Shown: positions 1 through 10,781 of the stretch, piece by piece | How the letters are laid out: every line of letters begins with the position of its first letter | Numbering within the stretch: position 1 is the first letter of the stretch | From: an uncultured Lentisphaerales bacterium | Lineage (GTDB): Bacteria > Verrucomicrobiota > Lentisphaeria > JABSQK01 > UBA12247 | Reading direction: 5' to 3' | Assembly (NCBI GenBank): GCA_943788985.1 | Contig: CALSSJ010000013.1 | Location: 21,521 to 85,520, forward strand | Length of the DNA stretch: 64,000 nucleotides | Position numbers and translations under genes: made by a program | Notes under the pieces: generated by a model | Seen by the model: only the letters and a program-made list of their open reading frames with translations | The model's database searches: none | What the model was told of the DNA's origin: nothing

Positions 1-1
1 C

Positions 2-763
2 GTCCTCTTCCTGCCCTGCTGGCAACACGAGTCCGAGCGCATCCTCCGTGCTTTTCCCGAATGCGGCATGGTCTCTCCGTTTCCCGGAATCGGCATCGAA
101 TGGCACGCTACCAGCGCCACCATTCTGAACGGTCGCCTCCGGCGCGAGTCTGGCATCGTCCCGGATCAAGATCTTGCGGACTTCGCACAGAGCATTGACC
201 GGCCCCAATTTTCCGCAAGATCACTGGTCTGGTGCGACTTTATCGGGCTCATTATTTCTGCGCTTAGCGCCTGCATTCAAGCGCCTCATGCCATGCTGCT
301 GGGCGCCAAGCAGGCCACAGAAATGATCATTCTCACGGGTGCCGTGGATTTTATGTCTTCGTGGACGGCACTGGTTTTTATCGGCGTGTGCCTGATCCGC
401 ATCATCGCGACAGACGGTGTGCAAGCTGCGTTGAATCCAATTGCGCTGGCGAAAGCCACGTAAACCTTCGCCCCTCTGCTCGCGATTTCGATGTTTCTAG
501 TCAGCACTGTACTCACCTGTGAAATCTGGGCGTTGGGCGCTTTGATTGCTGAGATCGTGCTCACTGCAGGCGCTGCCTCGCTGTTATTCTTCCCGAGAGC
601 CGTCCATCTTTCGGCGATGCTGTCGACCATTCCCGCACGCGCCCATCGCGATGTGACTTTGGGAGCAGCAGGCGGTAGCTGGAAGGTACTTGGGGTGCTG
701 GCCCTGCTAGTGATGGTCTGCCTGCACATCGTTCTCTCTGTCTATATGACCGTCAATCTCTGA
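2..763 (+). pseudogene. Decayed polysaccharide-biosynthesis fragments (GT2-like piece followed by a multi-TM flippase-like piece with an in-frame TAA)
   Basis: Frame from nt 2 reads VLFLPCWQHESERILRAFPECGMVSPFP (GT2-like), then becomes hydrophobic. ORFs 68-463 and 491-763 share a frame separated by TAA at 461-463. Confidence 0.3.
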
Positions 764-836
764 CTATGGCAACTTGCCGCTGGCACGGAGCGACTTACCG
801 ATAGGGCTCTGCTTTTCGGACTGCAACGGGCGCGCA

Positions 837-1496
837 ATGCCATCCCAAGCTGTAGAAGACTACCTCAAGACCATCTACCTGCTGCGCCAGGAATCGTCCA
901 AGGTCTCGATGAAGGAGCTTTCCCGGGCACTATCAGTCGCCCCCGCATCCGCGACTGGCATGGTCAAGAAGCTGGCAGCCGAAGGTCTCGTGAAGCACGA
1001 GCGCTACCAGGGCGTCGAGCTTTCCGAAGCCGGTCGCCACGTCGCCTTGGAAGTCCTCCGCCATCACCGCTTAATCGAGCTGTTCCTGAGTAAATCTCTG
1101 GACGTTCCGTGGGATCTCGTGCACCAGGAGGCAGAGAAGCTCGAACACGCCATCTCCGAAGAGCTTGAAGATCGCATGGCAGCCGCGCTGGGCAATCCGC
1201 AATTTGACCCCCACGGCGCCCCGATTCCTGCGCGGGATGGCTCCTTTATCAAACGAACGCGCCAGCCCCTCGTCGACGTCTCCCCCGGCACGACTGCGCC
1301 CATCAGCGAGGTAAACGACCGTGATCCAGAGATGCTCCGTTACCTTACAGACATCGGCATCGGGCTTGGCACCCCTGTTGAGGTGCTAGCGCTCGCCCCC
1401 TTTGACGGGCCCCTGACGATTCGCGTTGGCGGGCAAAGCCACGCCATCAGCCGCATTGTCGCCGGAAACGTCTTTATCGAGCCTGAGAAGAGTTGA
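837..1496 (+). CDS. mntR: DtxR/MntR family metal-dependent transcriptional regulator with C-terminal FeoA domain
   Basis: AVEDYLKTIY winged HTH, HHRLIELFL and EAEKLEH metal sites, DPHGAPIP linker, FeoA-like C-terminus; ATG at 837 preferred over TTG at 774. Confidence 0.92.
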   Translation: MPSQAVEDYLKTIYLLRQESSKVSMKELSRALSVAPASATGMVKKLAAEGLVKHERYQGVELSEAGRHVALEVLRHHRLIELFLSKSLDVPWDLVHQEAEKLEHAISEELEDRMAAALGNPQFDPHGAPIPARDGSFIKRTRQPLVDVSPGTTAPISEVNDRDPEMLRYLTDIGIGLGTPVEVLALAPFDGPLTIRVGGQSHAISRIVAGNVFIEPEKS

Positions 1497-1567
1497 CCAC
1501 GGAACTCCACCCGCTTTTCTCCGCGCAAGCCTGACAGGGAAAAGGTCGTATAATCGGCGGTTCTTCC

Positions 1568-4500
1568 TCAGAATTCGCGCAGGCGGCGAACGAGTAGGGC
1601 GTTCTCTGCGGGGACAAAGAACTCGGTACGGTCTGCGCCGTTGCCTTGCACGCCGGTATTGACTGCGTCGCCAGCAGCGAGTGTCCCCAAGAGGCGGGCG
1701 TAGCCATCTGGGGAATAGGTGGTTCCGAGATTTAGGCTCCAAGCATCCTCGGTCATATTCAAGATCACGGCACCATTGTCGAAGTAACGGACAAAACGGT
1801 CACCGCCGCCCCGGTATAAGGCGACGTTGCGAATCGTGACCTGGCCTGTCTCTTCGCCCGACTCAAACTTGATCCTGCTGATCTGCGCTGCGGCTGGATA
1901 ACGGAAGGACAGGCTGTACGTCTGGCCGCTGATCGTCACTGACGACAGAGAAGGAAGGTTGGCCTGGAATGTGTTCGCGAGATTCACAGGAGTGAGCTCG
2001 CCGCTCGCTGGCAACACCATGACGTCTTGAGACTGGTCGGCGCCATGGACCCCGTTGTCCAAGTCATCGACCAAGTGCACGCGCAAGAGACGCGGAACCT
2101 GCGTCACCCAGTCATAGCTTAGGTCATCGTTGTACGTATTGGCGCCCCAGGCCTCAAAGACCACGGTAAACTCCGTGGCGGACTTCCCACGATTGGATGC
2201 TGTGGGGACCACTCGCAGCAGGGCGCCGGATACGTGCGGGTGAAAGATGTTTGCTGAGGTCACGGTGTCCGCTGGCACTGCGTCCACGGTCAAGGTGAAC
2301 GTAGAACCGGTTTCACACCCGTCACACGCCGCCGCATAGGTGGCATCCTCGAATTTGGTGTAGGACCACTCGCCGCCATCCAGCAGATTGTCACTCACAT
2401 CATAATTTGGCAGCCGGATGGCCTCGGTCAGTGGCGCGCCCAGCCAATCATGATCCTCCAGGTCGCCGCCCTTGTATTCATCCCAGTCATAGATGTCAAA
2501 GCAGGTCTCGGCCGAATCCTCGCCTTCACCTTCCTCGGCAGCGCGGCCGTCACCAGTTTCGGCGGCGTAGGCGTGTGGCATGCCCACCATCAGGCTTGCT
2601 GCCAGACCAACGCGGAAGTTTGCGTTCGTGCTGGGGAGGGCGGACTCCGCACACGAGTAATGCAGCGAATCATCTTTGGTGAAGGCATAACTGTAAGGAT
2701 TTGCGGAGTTCGCGAATTGTACCCATTGGTCCAGGTGGGTCAGACCAGCGCTGAAACTGCCGTAATTCTCAACCAGTGGGAAGTTCTCCATCTCCATGCC
2801 GTCAGCTGTCCCGTAGGAGCGGTAGCCCCATTCCGGGATGCTGGAGTCTGCCTGGACAATGATCGGGCAGCCAAGTTCGTCGTAGTGCTCGCGAATCTGG
2901 CTCATGAACTTGCTGGCGCCGAGACCAAAGGCATTGATGCCGTCGATAAAGCCGTAGTCGGCGACTAGGTCGTTGTCTGCGTCGACTGGGAACTCCAGCT
3001 TGGTGTAGCGCCAGCGGCCGCCGTCGAAGACGATGCCATCTGGGATCGATTCGCTCAGCGTCTCGAAGCGGTCAATCACGTAGTCGGCGAAGATGTCGTA
3101 GCCAAGGTTGCCAGCGGTATCCTGCGGACTTGCCAGGGAGACATTGACCGTCCAACTGCTGTCCAGATTGGCCCAAGTGAGCATATGCGGCTGCAGCAAA
3201 ATTGCGGTATCCTCGTCAGGGGTCCAAGCCACAGCGCTGGTGGAATACCGGGAGCGTTTGATCTCGACGTGAGTGCTGTCAATGACGCTAAGAATCTTGA
3301 TCTCTTCATGTGGCTCCCAGATGTGGCTCCAACCGCCGCCGGAGATATCGACCGCGTGAATCATCGCCAGATCATTTTCCTGGAAGACCGTCGCATCCTC
3401 GACCTCGATCGTGACGGTGTCGTCCTGCGTCGCGTCCAGGGCATCCACCACGCGCGTTCCCAGTTCAAACAACCAATGGCCTGGATACACGCCCGCAGCC
3501 TCGGTCTGGCTCGCGCCGATCGTCGCGAACGAATCATGTTGGATTGAAAGCACGTGCGGGAAATTACTCTCGACGTCTACGGTCAGGTCGCGATCCTTCT
3601 CGCTGAGGGCCTCGTAGTTGCGGAAGCGGGTGTCGTCTCCGGCTACGCCGCCACTAAAGGGACGGAAGGCGATGGCCATGGGGTAGCGGGCGCTGGCATC
3701 GCTGCGCCATGGCCACATGTTCTGCTTTTGGTGGTAGACCCAGTAGCCCAGGAATGGATCCAGCCAGTAGGAACTGGCCAGGTAGCCGCCACCGAGATCA
3801 TACCACATTGGCAGCGCAATGGACTGTCGGTCCAGCGCATCGCTGAATGCGCGAGGTTGGTACGGCACCACGCCGCTCACACCGGCGGCTGTCCATTCTG
3901 GCCCAATTTTGGCTACGCCCGAGCGATCGCGCCCCTTCACCGTCACGGTGGTGGCAAAGCTGGCAAACACCTGATAACCGCGCCACGGTAGAATATGCTT
4001 AGGAATGGTCCAATGCTTGTTCGCCCAAGTCATCACGCTGATCACGGCATCATGGTCAAACACAGCGTCGGTGCTGGTGTCCAGCGGCAGCAGAGGCAGC
4101 GAGATGAAATTCCAACCTTGGTGCAGGCTCAGATCTACGCTGGTCGCGCCGAACAGAATCTCGATGTCCCACGCTTGCCTGGCCGGCACCACAAGCACAC
4201 TCTTGGTGGCCATGTCAATGGTTACCGATTCCTGACCGTTGAGGTCCTGGCCCAACAAACGAAGTCCAGCTGGGACTGCAAACACGTCCCAGCTGAGGAT
4301 GATGTCCTGGATCCCGGTTGAGTTGTCGATGCGATAGTGCCAGCTTGCGAGGTCCGCAAGCCCGCGGATATCGACCAGCTGGCCACTGATGCTCGGTGCA
4401 CCCGGAGCGGGGGGCGGCATGAGCTGGTCGAACTGAGGGTCGAAGTCATCGGTTCCACTCGCGGCTTGGCCGAGTCGCAGGCGGCTTACGGGGCCGTTTG

Positions 4501-4841
4501 TGACGGCCAGGTCTACACTCCAGCCTTCGGTGAACACGGTAATGAAGGCAAAAGTATATTTAGCGACATGGGCCAGTGCCCAATCTTGCGAGATCCGCAG
4601 CGAATTTGGGGCAGTTGCCCATTAAATCAACAGACCGTTTCGCTGTGCCCCGGCAGAGGGGCAGTGCACACGTGGCACAGCGAAGGGAAGGGCGCATCTG
4701 TCGTGCCAGTTCCCGATACCTGTAAGGGCTAAATCGCCGTCCTTCGTCAAGGTCCCGAATCTGCTGAGGATATCCGCAGCAGATGCCGAGGGCCCGTAGC
4801 CGAGTGTCAACACGGACGGCCAGACTGAGCAGGATCTTCAT
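1568..4841 (-). pseudogene. Large secreted protein (GWNFISLP surface module plus putative glycoside-hydrolase-like TIM domain), 5' end disrupted
   Basis: 989-aa ORF 1568-4537 stays in frame upstream to a TAA at 4622-4624, then ORF 4622-4813. An RBS (AGAGGAG) and ATG at 4841 are one frameshift away and restore a signal peptide (MKILLSLAV...ASAA). Confidence 0.6.
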
Positions 4842-5297
4842 CGTCCGTTCTCCTCTTACTGTTGGTTTCCCGTGGACGCCCAGCTCGCGGGGGAACGTGC
4901 CATTTGTCGAAAGTCGCTGCTGCCGTTGCCTCTGCTCCGCGATTGTCCGACGGAAGGCAAAAGCTCCAGCGTGACACTGAAGATAGCCGAGATCATGGCA
5001 GTAGGCAAATTGAGGAATGGATCGATCAGGTTTGATTTTTGATCAGCATGGATCCCGCGGCATGCTCGCGAGTCATGAGAGAATCTCGGTTTTCATCTGC
5101 ATCTGCGTGCCCCCTCGCGTGACGGCCATCCCCCCCTGGGCAGTGATGACTGTGCTCAGAAAGCTGGCTGGGCCTCAGAACTCACCGCGACGCAGGGAAG
5201 CGGTGTGAAGTTGAACGCCTGCACTTTCGGGATTCAATTCTGTTCACTCCCCGCTCAACCCAATCCTAGTCCTTCGCGGGGGACGAGGTGGATGATT

Positions 5298-5390
5298 CTC
5301 CAACGCCAAAGGCGTTCCGCCATATAGCCCAGGGTTGCCCCAACCCTGGGGCCAGCCGCCAAGACTCTCCAACGCCATCGGCGTTGCGTC
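5298..5390. repeat. REP-like composite hairpin element
   Basis: AACGCC-aaa-GGCGTT, a perfect 10-bp stem CCCAGGGTTG-ccc-CAACCCTGGG (5328-5350), and CAACGCC-atc-GGCGTTG. Confidence 0.6.
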
Positions 5391-5529
5391 GGGGCGTAGA
5401 CGGGGGACCCGACGCGGAGCTTTTTCTGGATCAGCTGGTGGTCAAGAGTGCAGAGAAGGACCTGCTTCTCAGTCTGGTATACGCGGACATGGCGATCGAG
5501 CCGATGCCCATGCCGCGGATTGCTGGCGC

Positions 5530-6674
5530 GTGAAAGCGTATCCACACTTTCCTACCCGCAAGACACGTGATCTGAAACAGCTCTGGGACTTTGCCTTTAC
5601 GGACGCCGTTGGGTAGGATGACTTTGACGTCGAGGCGGTCGTGTACAACGATCGCCTGCCGGTTCCTTCTGCGTTTGACGCGTTTCCTGCCTATGCGGGA
5701 AAACGTGGCCTAGGGATCTATCGCCGTCTGGTTGAGGTAACGGCGCATACGTTGAGCCTGCTGAAGACTGGCGGTGCCGGAATGTCGTGCAAGGTGTATG
5801 TAGACGGTGCGCTGCTGGCCATACATATTGGCACGTACACGCCGTTCGAGGTTGCTGTGCCCGCAAGCGCAGGCGGACGACGTGAACTTGTCGTTGTCAC
5901 CGACAACCGCTACGACTTTGAGCGGTGTCCGTTGCACGAGGACTTCTTCGATTTCTATAACTACGGCGGGATCATTCGCCAGGTCTGGCTTGAGGAGTTG
6001 CCAGCGAACCCTGTCGCGAACGTCCACGTGACAACAGACTGCATCAGCACCGGGACGATCCAGGTGCGGGTGGCATTCCGTGGCGAACCTGTGCCATTTC
6101 GGCATGCGCTTGATGAAGGGGAGATGCTGGATGCACCGGGCCCCGAGTTTACGGCCGTAAAGTTGTGAACCTAACTCTGTGGAGCCCGGATGCGCCAAAC
6201 CTGCACCTGCTGACTGTCGACACCGGCGATGACGCGGTGACCGTGCGTTTTGGGCTGCGCGAGGTACCTGCCGAAAACGGCTAGATACTGCTCAATGGCC
6301 ACGCCATCAAGTCGCTTGGCTACTGCCGCCACGAAGCGCATCCACAATGTGGACCGGTTCTGCCCGACGCCATGCTAATCGCCGATCTGCAACTACTGCG
6401 TGACCGGGGCTGCAATTTTGTCCGAGGCGCGCATTATCAGCAGGATCCGCGATTTCTGGATCGTTGTGATGAACAGGGCATCCTCGTTTTTGCCGAAAGC
6501 CTTGCCTGGCAGGCAGACGAGAAGAACCTGCTGGGTATCATCTGTCGTGAGGCGCTTGAGAATGAAGGCGTGGCTTGCGTAGCGCTGTGGCAGTTTTGCG
6601 ATTCGCGGACTTATCAGGGCCGCAACGGGCCAGGCCGCCCTCGGACTTCCCAAAAAGGCCTATTCAACGGTTGA
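5530..6674 (+). pseudogene. GH2 beta-glucuronidase/galactosidase pseudogene
   Basis: WDFAF, FYNYGGIIRQVWL, GYCRHE, NFVRGAHY motifs; TAG at 5614-5616, frameshift near 6165, TAG at 6282-6284, and a large internal deletion after AESLAWQ. Confidence 0.85.
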
Positions 6675-6722
6675 AAGTGACTTTTCCGCCGCCCAACAAA
6701 CACGCACTGACGGAGGAGCGGC

Positions 6723-6776
6723 ATGCGTCAGCGAAACGTCCTAATCATCCATACCGACCAGTAACGCTTCGACAGC
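6723..6776 (+). pseudogene. Sulfatase N-terminal remnant
   Basis: RBS GGAGGAG, then ATG-RQRNVLIIHTDQ*RFDS, matching the sulfatase N-terminal motif, with a nonsense codon and truncation. Confidence 0.55.
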
Positions 6777-6851
6777 CAAACGGGTAGGGGCGTCACCGTT
6801 TTCATTTTTCTGCCTCCCATTCTTGCCGGTCCGTTCGGCCCTCACGAACGC

Positions 6852-9800
6852 TTAAAGCTCTTTGAGGCGGACGTTGCGAAGCCAGCACTCCATGGCCGGA
6901 CCGGCGTGCAGTTGCATGCCAATCAGGCCCTTGAGCTGCTTATTGGGGTGATTGTCGATAATGTCGACGGCCACCTCGCCATTGAGCTTGTGAATCATGT
7001 GGTTGCCACGACAGATGATTTCGTAGGTCTGCCATTCGTCGGTCTTAACCGGGGTGACCTCGCAGGTCTTGCCCACAACCTTAGGCTTGCCGTCGGTACC
7101 GACTTCAACTTTTTGCCCACGACGGGCGACAATGCCACGTTTGTCGAGCTGTTCCGCATAGAGCATCGCGACGTACGGTGGGTTCGGATGAATGTCTGCC
7201 TGATAGCCGCGCAGTCGATGGTCGGCCTCGTTCAGCCATTGCGAGCGATACATCATGCCGGAATTGTTGCCGGTGCATTTGGCCTCGAAAGAAAGGTGGA
7301 AGTCGCCGACTTCACCGTCCCAGACAAGAAAGGTGTTGGCCTTGAGCTTATTGCCTATGCTTGTGCCGTAGATGACGCCGTCCTTGACCGACCAAAGCGC
7401 GGGATCGCCCTTCCAGCCCGACAAATCTGTGCCGTTGAACAAGGCCTTGGCGCCTTCCATTTCGGGCTGATAGCTGGCCTTGGTGAAGTATGCGTGTTCG
7501 GGATCTCCGGCGGAGTAGATGTAGGCGATCAGGTCGCTGAGTTCGTCTGGATTGAGCGGATAGACCAGGCCGGGAGGCATGGACGAGACAGGGTAGGGCT
7601 TCTGAGTCTTGACGTTGGCGAGTTCGACGTCGACGTTGGATTCTGGCGAGAAAGGGTTGGTCATGATGTGTGCCACGCCGTCTTCTTCCGTGCCGAGACG
7701 ACCAATGATTTCCGACCCGTCGTTCATCGTGAAGTGGGTGCTGCCGTATTGATCGGAAATGACCTTGGACGGCTCGATGATGTTCTCCAGCATGTCACGG
7801 AGGGTATAGCGATTGACGGAGCCGGTGAGATCCGGGCCAATGCCCATACCTTGGCCAGCAAAACGATGGCAACTGGCGCAGGCGGTCGCATGGAACAGGT
7901 TCTCGCCGCTCTTGAAGTTACGACCCGCCAGATTGTCCTTGACTGCCGTAACCGCTCCGTCAACGGTCCAGGCGCGTCCCGGGCCCTTTGCTGGGCTGAT
8001 GGCACGCGGCTTGGTGAGCGACTTGCTGGAGGCGGTGTCGTATTCGGCACGCTTGGCGACGTCGGTGACGTTGGCCAGCGCTTCTTTTCGGGCATTCTCG
8101 ATAAAGATCGCAAAGCTGTTTCCGCCCTGCCAGGTTTTGGCGCGTGGATACCAGGAGAAATAGGAGGCGTGATCGGCGTCCGTCCAGCCAGTCTTGATCG
8201 AGCGTAGCGAGAACGCTAGGGCGAACTGCTGGACGTTCGGGCGAAAGCTCTCCATGCGCTTGGCCGCAGCCGCGTAGCGGTCATTTCGGGCCAAGACGCT
8301 GTCGGCAAGGATCTTCTCTTGCTCGTCGTCAGGCGCAGTCAGGATGAGCTGTACGGTACGGGAAACGGCCTTGGGCGCATCGAGGTACAACAACAGCTGG
8401 CTGAGCTCGCGATTGACGAAGTTGTCATGGTGCGGGAACAAGCCGTCGAGCTTTGCGAGGACGGCGGCGGCGTCAGGCGCGCTGGGTTTCCCCAGCCGCG
8501 TGAAAGCCAGCTGATAGGCACGCAAGGCGCCGAGCAACAGATCGTTGGCGGCCTTGGTGTAGTCAATCTTGTTCAATGCCGCTAGGACGGTGGACTGTTG
8601 GTCTTTGCTGCCCATGCGGGCCAGCGCCGCGGTGGACTCAATGATGCCCCAGGAGTTCGACTCGGTCGCGACGCGGCTCTGCCATTGGGCGACCGGTTGC
8701 TTTTCGATGGCAACCCGCGCGGCGTAGCGAACAAAGCGGTCCGCATGAGACAGCTGCGGCCAGGCTTTGGCAATGGCTTCTTCGCCCACGCCGGTTTCGT
8801 GCAGCGCTTCCAATTCGCGGCGTAGCTGCAGCTCCGAAGTCGGCGTCGCGGCTTGCGCGGGCGCGGTGGATTCTTTGCCGACATAGGAGATGCGATAGAG
8901 TGCGGATTGGGAGCGGCGGCCGCCTACCATGAAATACATGTGACCGTCGCCGGGATTTATCACCACATCGGTGAGCGCCAACGGCTTGCCAGAAACGAAC
9001 TCTTCCGTGGTGGCCTTGTAGCTGGCACCGTCCGGTTCCAAATGGACGGCGTACATGGTGCCGTAGGTCCAGTCGTTGATGAAGAGCGCCTTCTGGTATT
9101 TGGCAGGAAACTTGGCGCCCAGGCCATTGCTAACGCCGGACGGGCTCCCTGGGCCGATGTTGATGGTGGCTGGCAGCGTATCGACGTAGTAGTCGGGCCA
9201 TTTTCCGGTCCCATTGCGCCAGCCCCAGTCGGCACCGGAGACCACATGATTCACGCGAGTAGGGCGATACCAGGGCGCACCAATGTCGTATTCCATGTCG
9301 GCATCAAAGGTGAACAGCTCTCCGTCGATACTGAAGGCTGCGTCAAACTGATTGCGGAAGCCATGGCAGATCAGCTCTTGGCTCTTGCCGTCGGGACTGA
9401 CCTTCAAGATGAAGCCGCCAGGCGCCAGACGCCCGCGGTTGTGGCCACGGCCGTCGGCCATGCGTGGCAACAAATGGTCTTCCTTCCACGCGTTCGCCAA
9501 ACGGGATTGAGTGACCGATTCGGGGATGTACGAGGTGTTACCGGCGATCAGATAAATGGACGTCTTGTCGGGGCTCAATACGGCGCTGTGCGTACCGTGT
9601 TCGCCGCCTGCGTTGATCGGCACTAAGAACTCTTCTTTGTCGTACTGATCATCGCCGTTGGTATCCGTCAAGCGGTGGAGCCCATGCTGGCCGCCCTCGC
9701 CCACCATGATGTACAGGCTACCGAATGCATACAAGGCGCCGTGCCCGCCCTTGGTCTTGACGTTCAGTTTCTCCACCTGAACCACGTCGGTGACACTTAC

Positions 9801-10445
9801 GCGATAGATGGCGCCATGTTGATCCGTGGTAATCAAACGCCCCTTGTCGTCGACGGTCATTCCGACCCAGGAGCCCTCTGTCGCTTTGGGGACCGTGTAC
9901 AGCTTTTCGACTTTGAAGCCGGGCAGTGCTTTGGTCGCGATTGTGCTTGGCGACGGTTTACTGACTGGCGCCGGCGCGCCAGCCTTCCCCCAGACCTTGC
10001 CCCACGGGCCACTGCCGTATGCCCCCTTCTCAACGGCTGCCTGCCACTCGCCTTGCGGCGCCCGCGCCTGCCAGCTCTTGTCCGACACGATTCTCTCTTT
10101 TCCCAGCTGCAACTCGAACAGAAGGCCCGCCAGCGAGCCTTCGTTCTCCGCTTGGACCAGGACCTCGTTCTCGCCTTTCTTGAGAAACTTAGCCACGTTT
10201 AGTTTGGCTGGCTGCTCCCAGTCCTTGGACGCGCAGGCCTGTTTGCCGTTGATGGTCATGGTAAAGGCGTTGTCGCAGGTCGTCATCAACCTGGCCTTCT
10301 TCGGAACCGTGGTCAGGGTGAAGGTTTTGCGGAACTCTACTTTCTCCGCCTTCGCCTTACCCTCTTTCCAGATCCAGTTAGCGGTGTCCGCAACGGCGGC
10401 GTTTGTGATGGCGACAAAAAGAAACAATGCGAGTGATTTATTCAT
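6852..10445 (-). CDS. PVC-type heme-binding protein: signal peptide, beta-sandwich, sorbosone-dehydrogenase-like propeller, HEAT repeats, cytochrome c (CxxCH), DUF1080-like domain
   Basis: CASCH motif, GHGFRNQFD-type propeller motif (CHGFRNQFD), LFNGTDLSGW...QLHAG C-terminal domain, N-terminal signal peptide; 1197 aa. Confidence 0.9.
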   Translation of the reverse strand: MNKSLALFLFVAITNAAVADTANWIWKEGKAKAEKVEFRKTFTLTTVPKKARLMTTCDNAFTMTINGKQACASKDWEQPAKLNVAKFLKKGENEVLVQAENEGSLAGLLFELQLGKERIVSDKSWQARAPQGEWQAAVEKGAYGSGPWGKVWGKAGAPAPVSKPSPSTIATKALPGFKVEKLYTVPKATEGSWVGMTVDDKGRLITTDQHGAIYRVSVTDVVQVEKLNVKTKGGHGALYAFGSLYIMVGEGGQHGLHRLTDTNGDDQYDKEEFLVPINAGGEHGTHSAVLSPDKTSIYLIAGNTSYIPESVTQSRLANAWKEDHLLPRMADGRGHNRGRLAPGGFILKVSPDGKSQELICHGFRNQFDAAFSIDGELFTFDADMEYDIGAPWYRPTRVNHVVSGADWGWRNGTGKWPDYYVDTLPATINIGPGSPSGVSNGLGAKFPAKYQKALFINDWTYGTMYAVHLEPDGASYKATTEEFVSGKPLALTDVVINPGDGHMYFMVGGRRSQSALYRISYVGKESTAPAQAATPTSELQLRRELEALHETGVGEEAIAKAWPQLSHADRFVRYAARVAIEKQPVAQWQSRVATESNSWGIIESTAALARMGSKDQQSTVLAALNKIDYTKAANDLLLGALRAYQLAFTRLGKPSAPDAAAVLAKLDGLFPHHDNFVNRELSQLLLYLDAPKAVSRTVQLILTAPDDEQEKILADSVLARNDRYAAAAKRMESFRPNVQQFALAFSLRSIKTGWTDADHASYFSWYPRAKTWQGGNSFAIFIENARKEALANVTDVAKRAEYDTASSKSLTKPRAISPAKGPGRAWTVDGAVTAVKDNLAGRNFKSGENLFHATACASCHRFAGQGMGIGPDLTGSVNRYTLRDMLENIIEPSKVISDQYGSTHFTMNDGSEIIGRLGTEEDGVAHIMTNPFSPESNVDVELANVKTQKPYPVSSMPPGLVYPLNPDELSDLIAYIYSAGDPEHAYFTKASYQPEMEGAKALFNGTDLSGWKGDPALWSVKDGVIYGTSIGNKLKANTFLVWDGEVGDFHLSFEAKCTGNNSGMMYRSQWLNEADHRLRGYQADIHPNPPYVAMLYAEQLDKRGIVARRGQKVEVGTDGKPKVVGKTCEVTPVKTDEWQTYEIICRGNHMIHKLNGEVAVDIIDNHPNKQLKGLIGMQLHAGPAMECWLRNVRLKEL

Positions 10446-10607
10446 AATGGTCCCTGATGCGATTCCCGCGGTTACGGTTGCGCTTGTTTTAGCTTCAAGG
10501 GCAGCCGCCTGCGCGCGCCACCCCGTCCTTGATTAATTTCCTCCTACCAAAAGCAAGACCCGCGGCTACCGAGGCTACCGGGGGCCGTTCTTACAGCAGC
10601 AGGAAGA

Positions 10608-10757
10608 TCAGACGTTCATCCAAACGCCCATTTTGTGAGCATCGGCGTTGGCTTCCGGGCCCAATAAACCATCACTCGCTTCCAAGGCCGATTCCACGAA
10701 AGGTCTGACCTTGTCTTTGACCGTATTAAAGCCCACGGCTGTGCTACTGTTCCTCAT
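10608..10757 (-). CDS. Unannotated 49-aa peptide MRNSSTAVGFNTVKDKVRPFVESALEASDGLLGPEANADAHKMGVWMNV
   Basis: AGGAGG 7 nt upstream of ATG (10757), TGA at 10608-10610, GC-rich hairpin plus T-run downstream; below the ORF-track length cut-off. Confidence 0.55.
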   Translation of the reverse strand: MRNSSTAVGFNTVKDKVRPFVESALEASDGLLGPEANADAHKMGVWMNV

Positions 10758-10781
10758 GGTTCATCCTCCTGCGGGCCACGA

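Noticed and set aside
4845-4980. c-di-GMP or other riboswitch upstream of the large secreted gene
   Set aside because: The conserved motifs are not present in the correct orientation and spacing.
6906-9626. Long plus-strand ORFs (433 aa, 257 aa) and similar shadows such as 13683-14711, 32974-33705 and 14042-14662
   Set aside because: They are antisense or off-frame shadows of well-supported genes in GC-rich DNA, with no motifs of their own.
10575-10610. Selenocysteine read-through of the sORF TGA (would add SSCCCKNGPR), and of TGA 34228
   Set aside because: No recognisable SECIS or selenoprotein context; the 34228 gene carries other inactivating lesions.
10608-10757. Firm RiPP precursor or type I toxin call
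   Set aside because: No maturase is encoded nearby and the peptide has no hydrophobic TM segment; kept only as a hypothesis.
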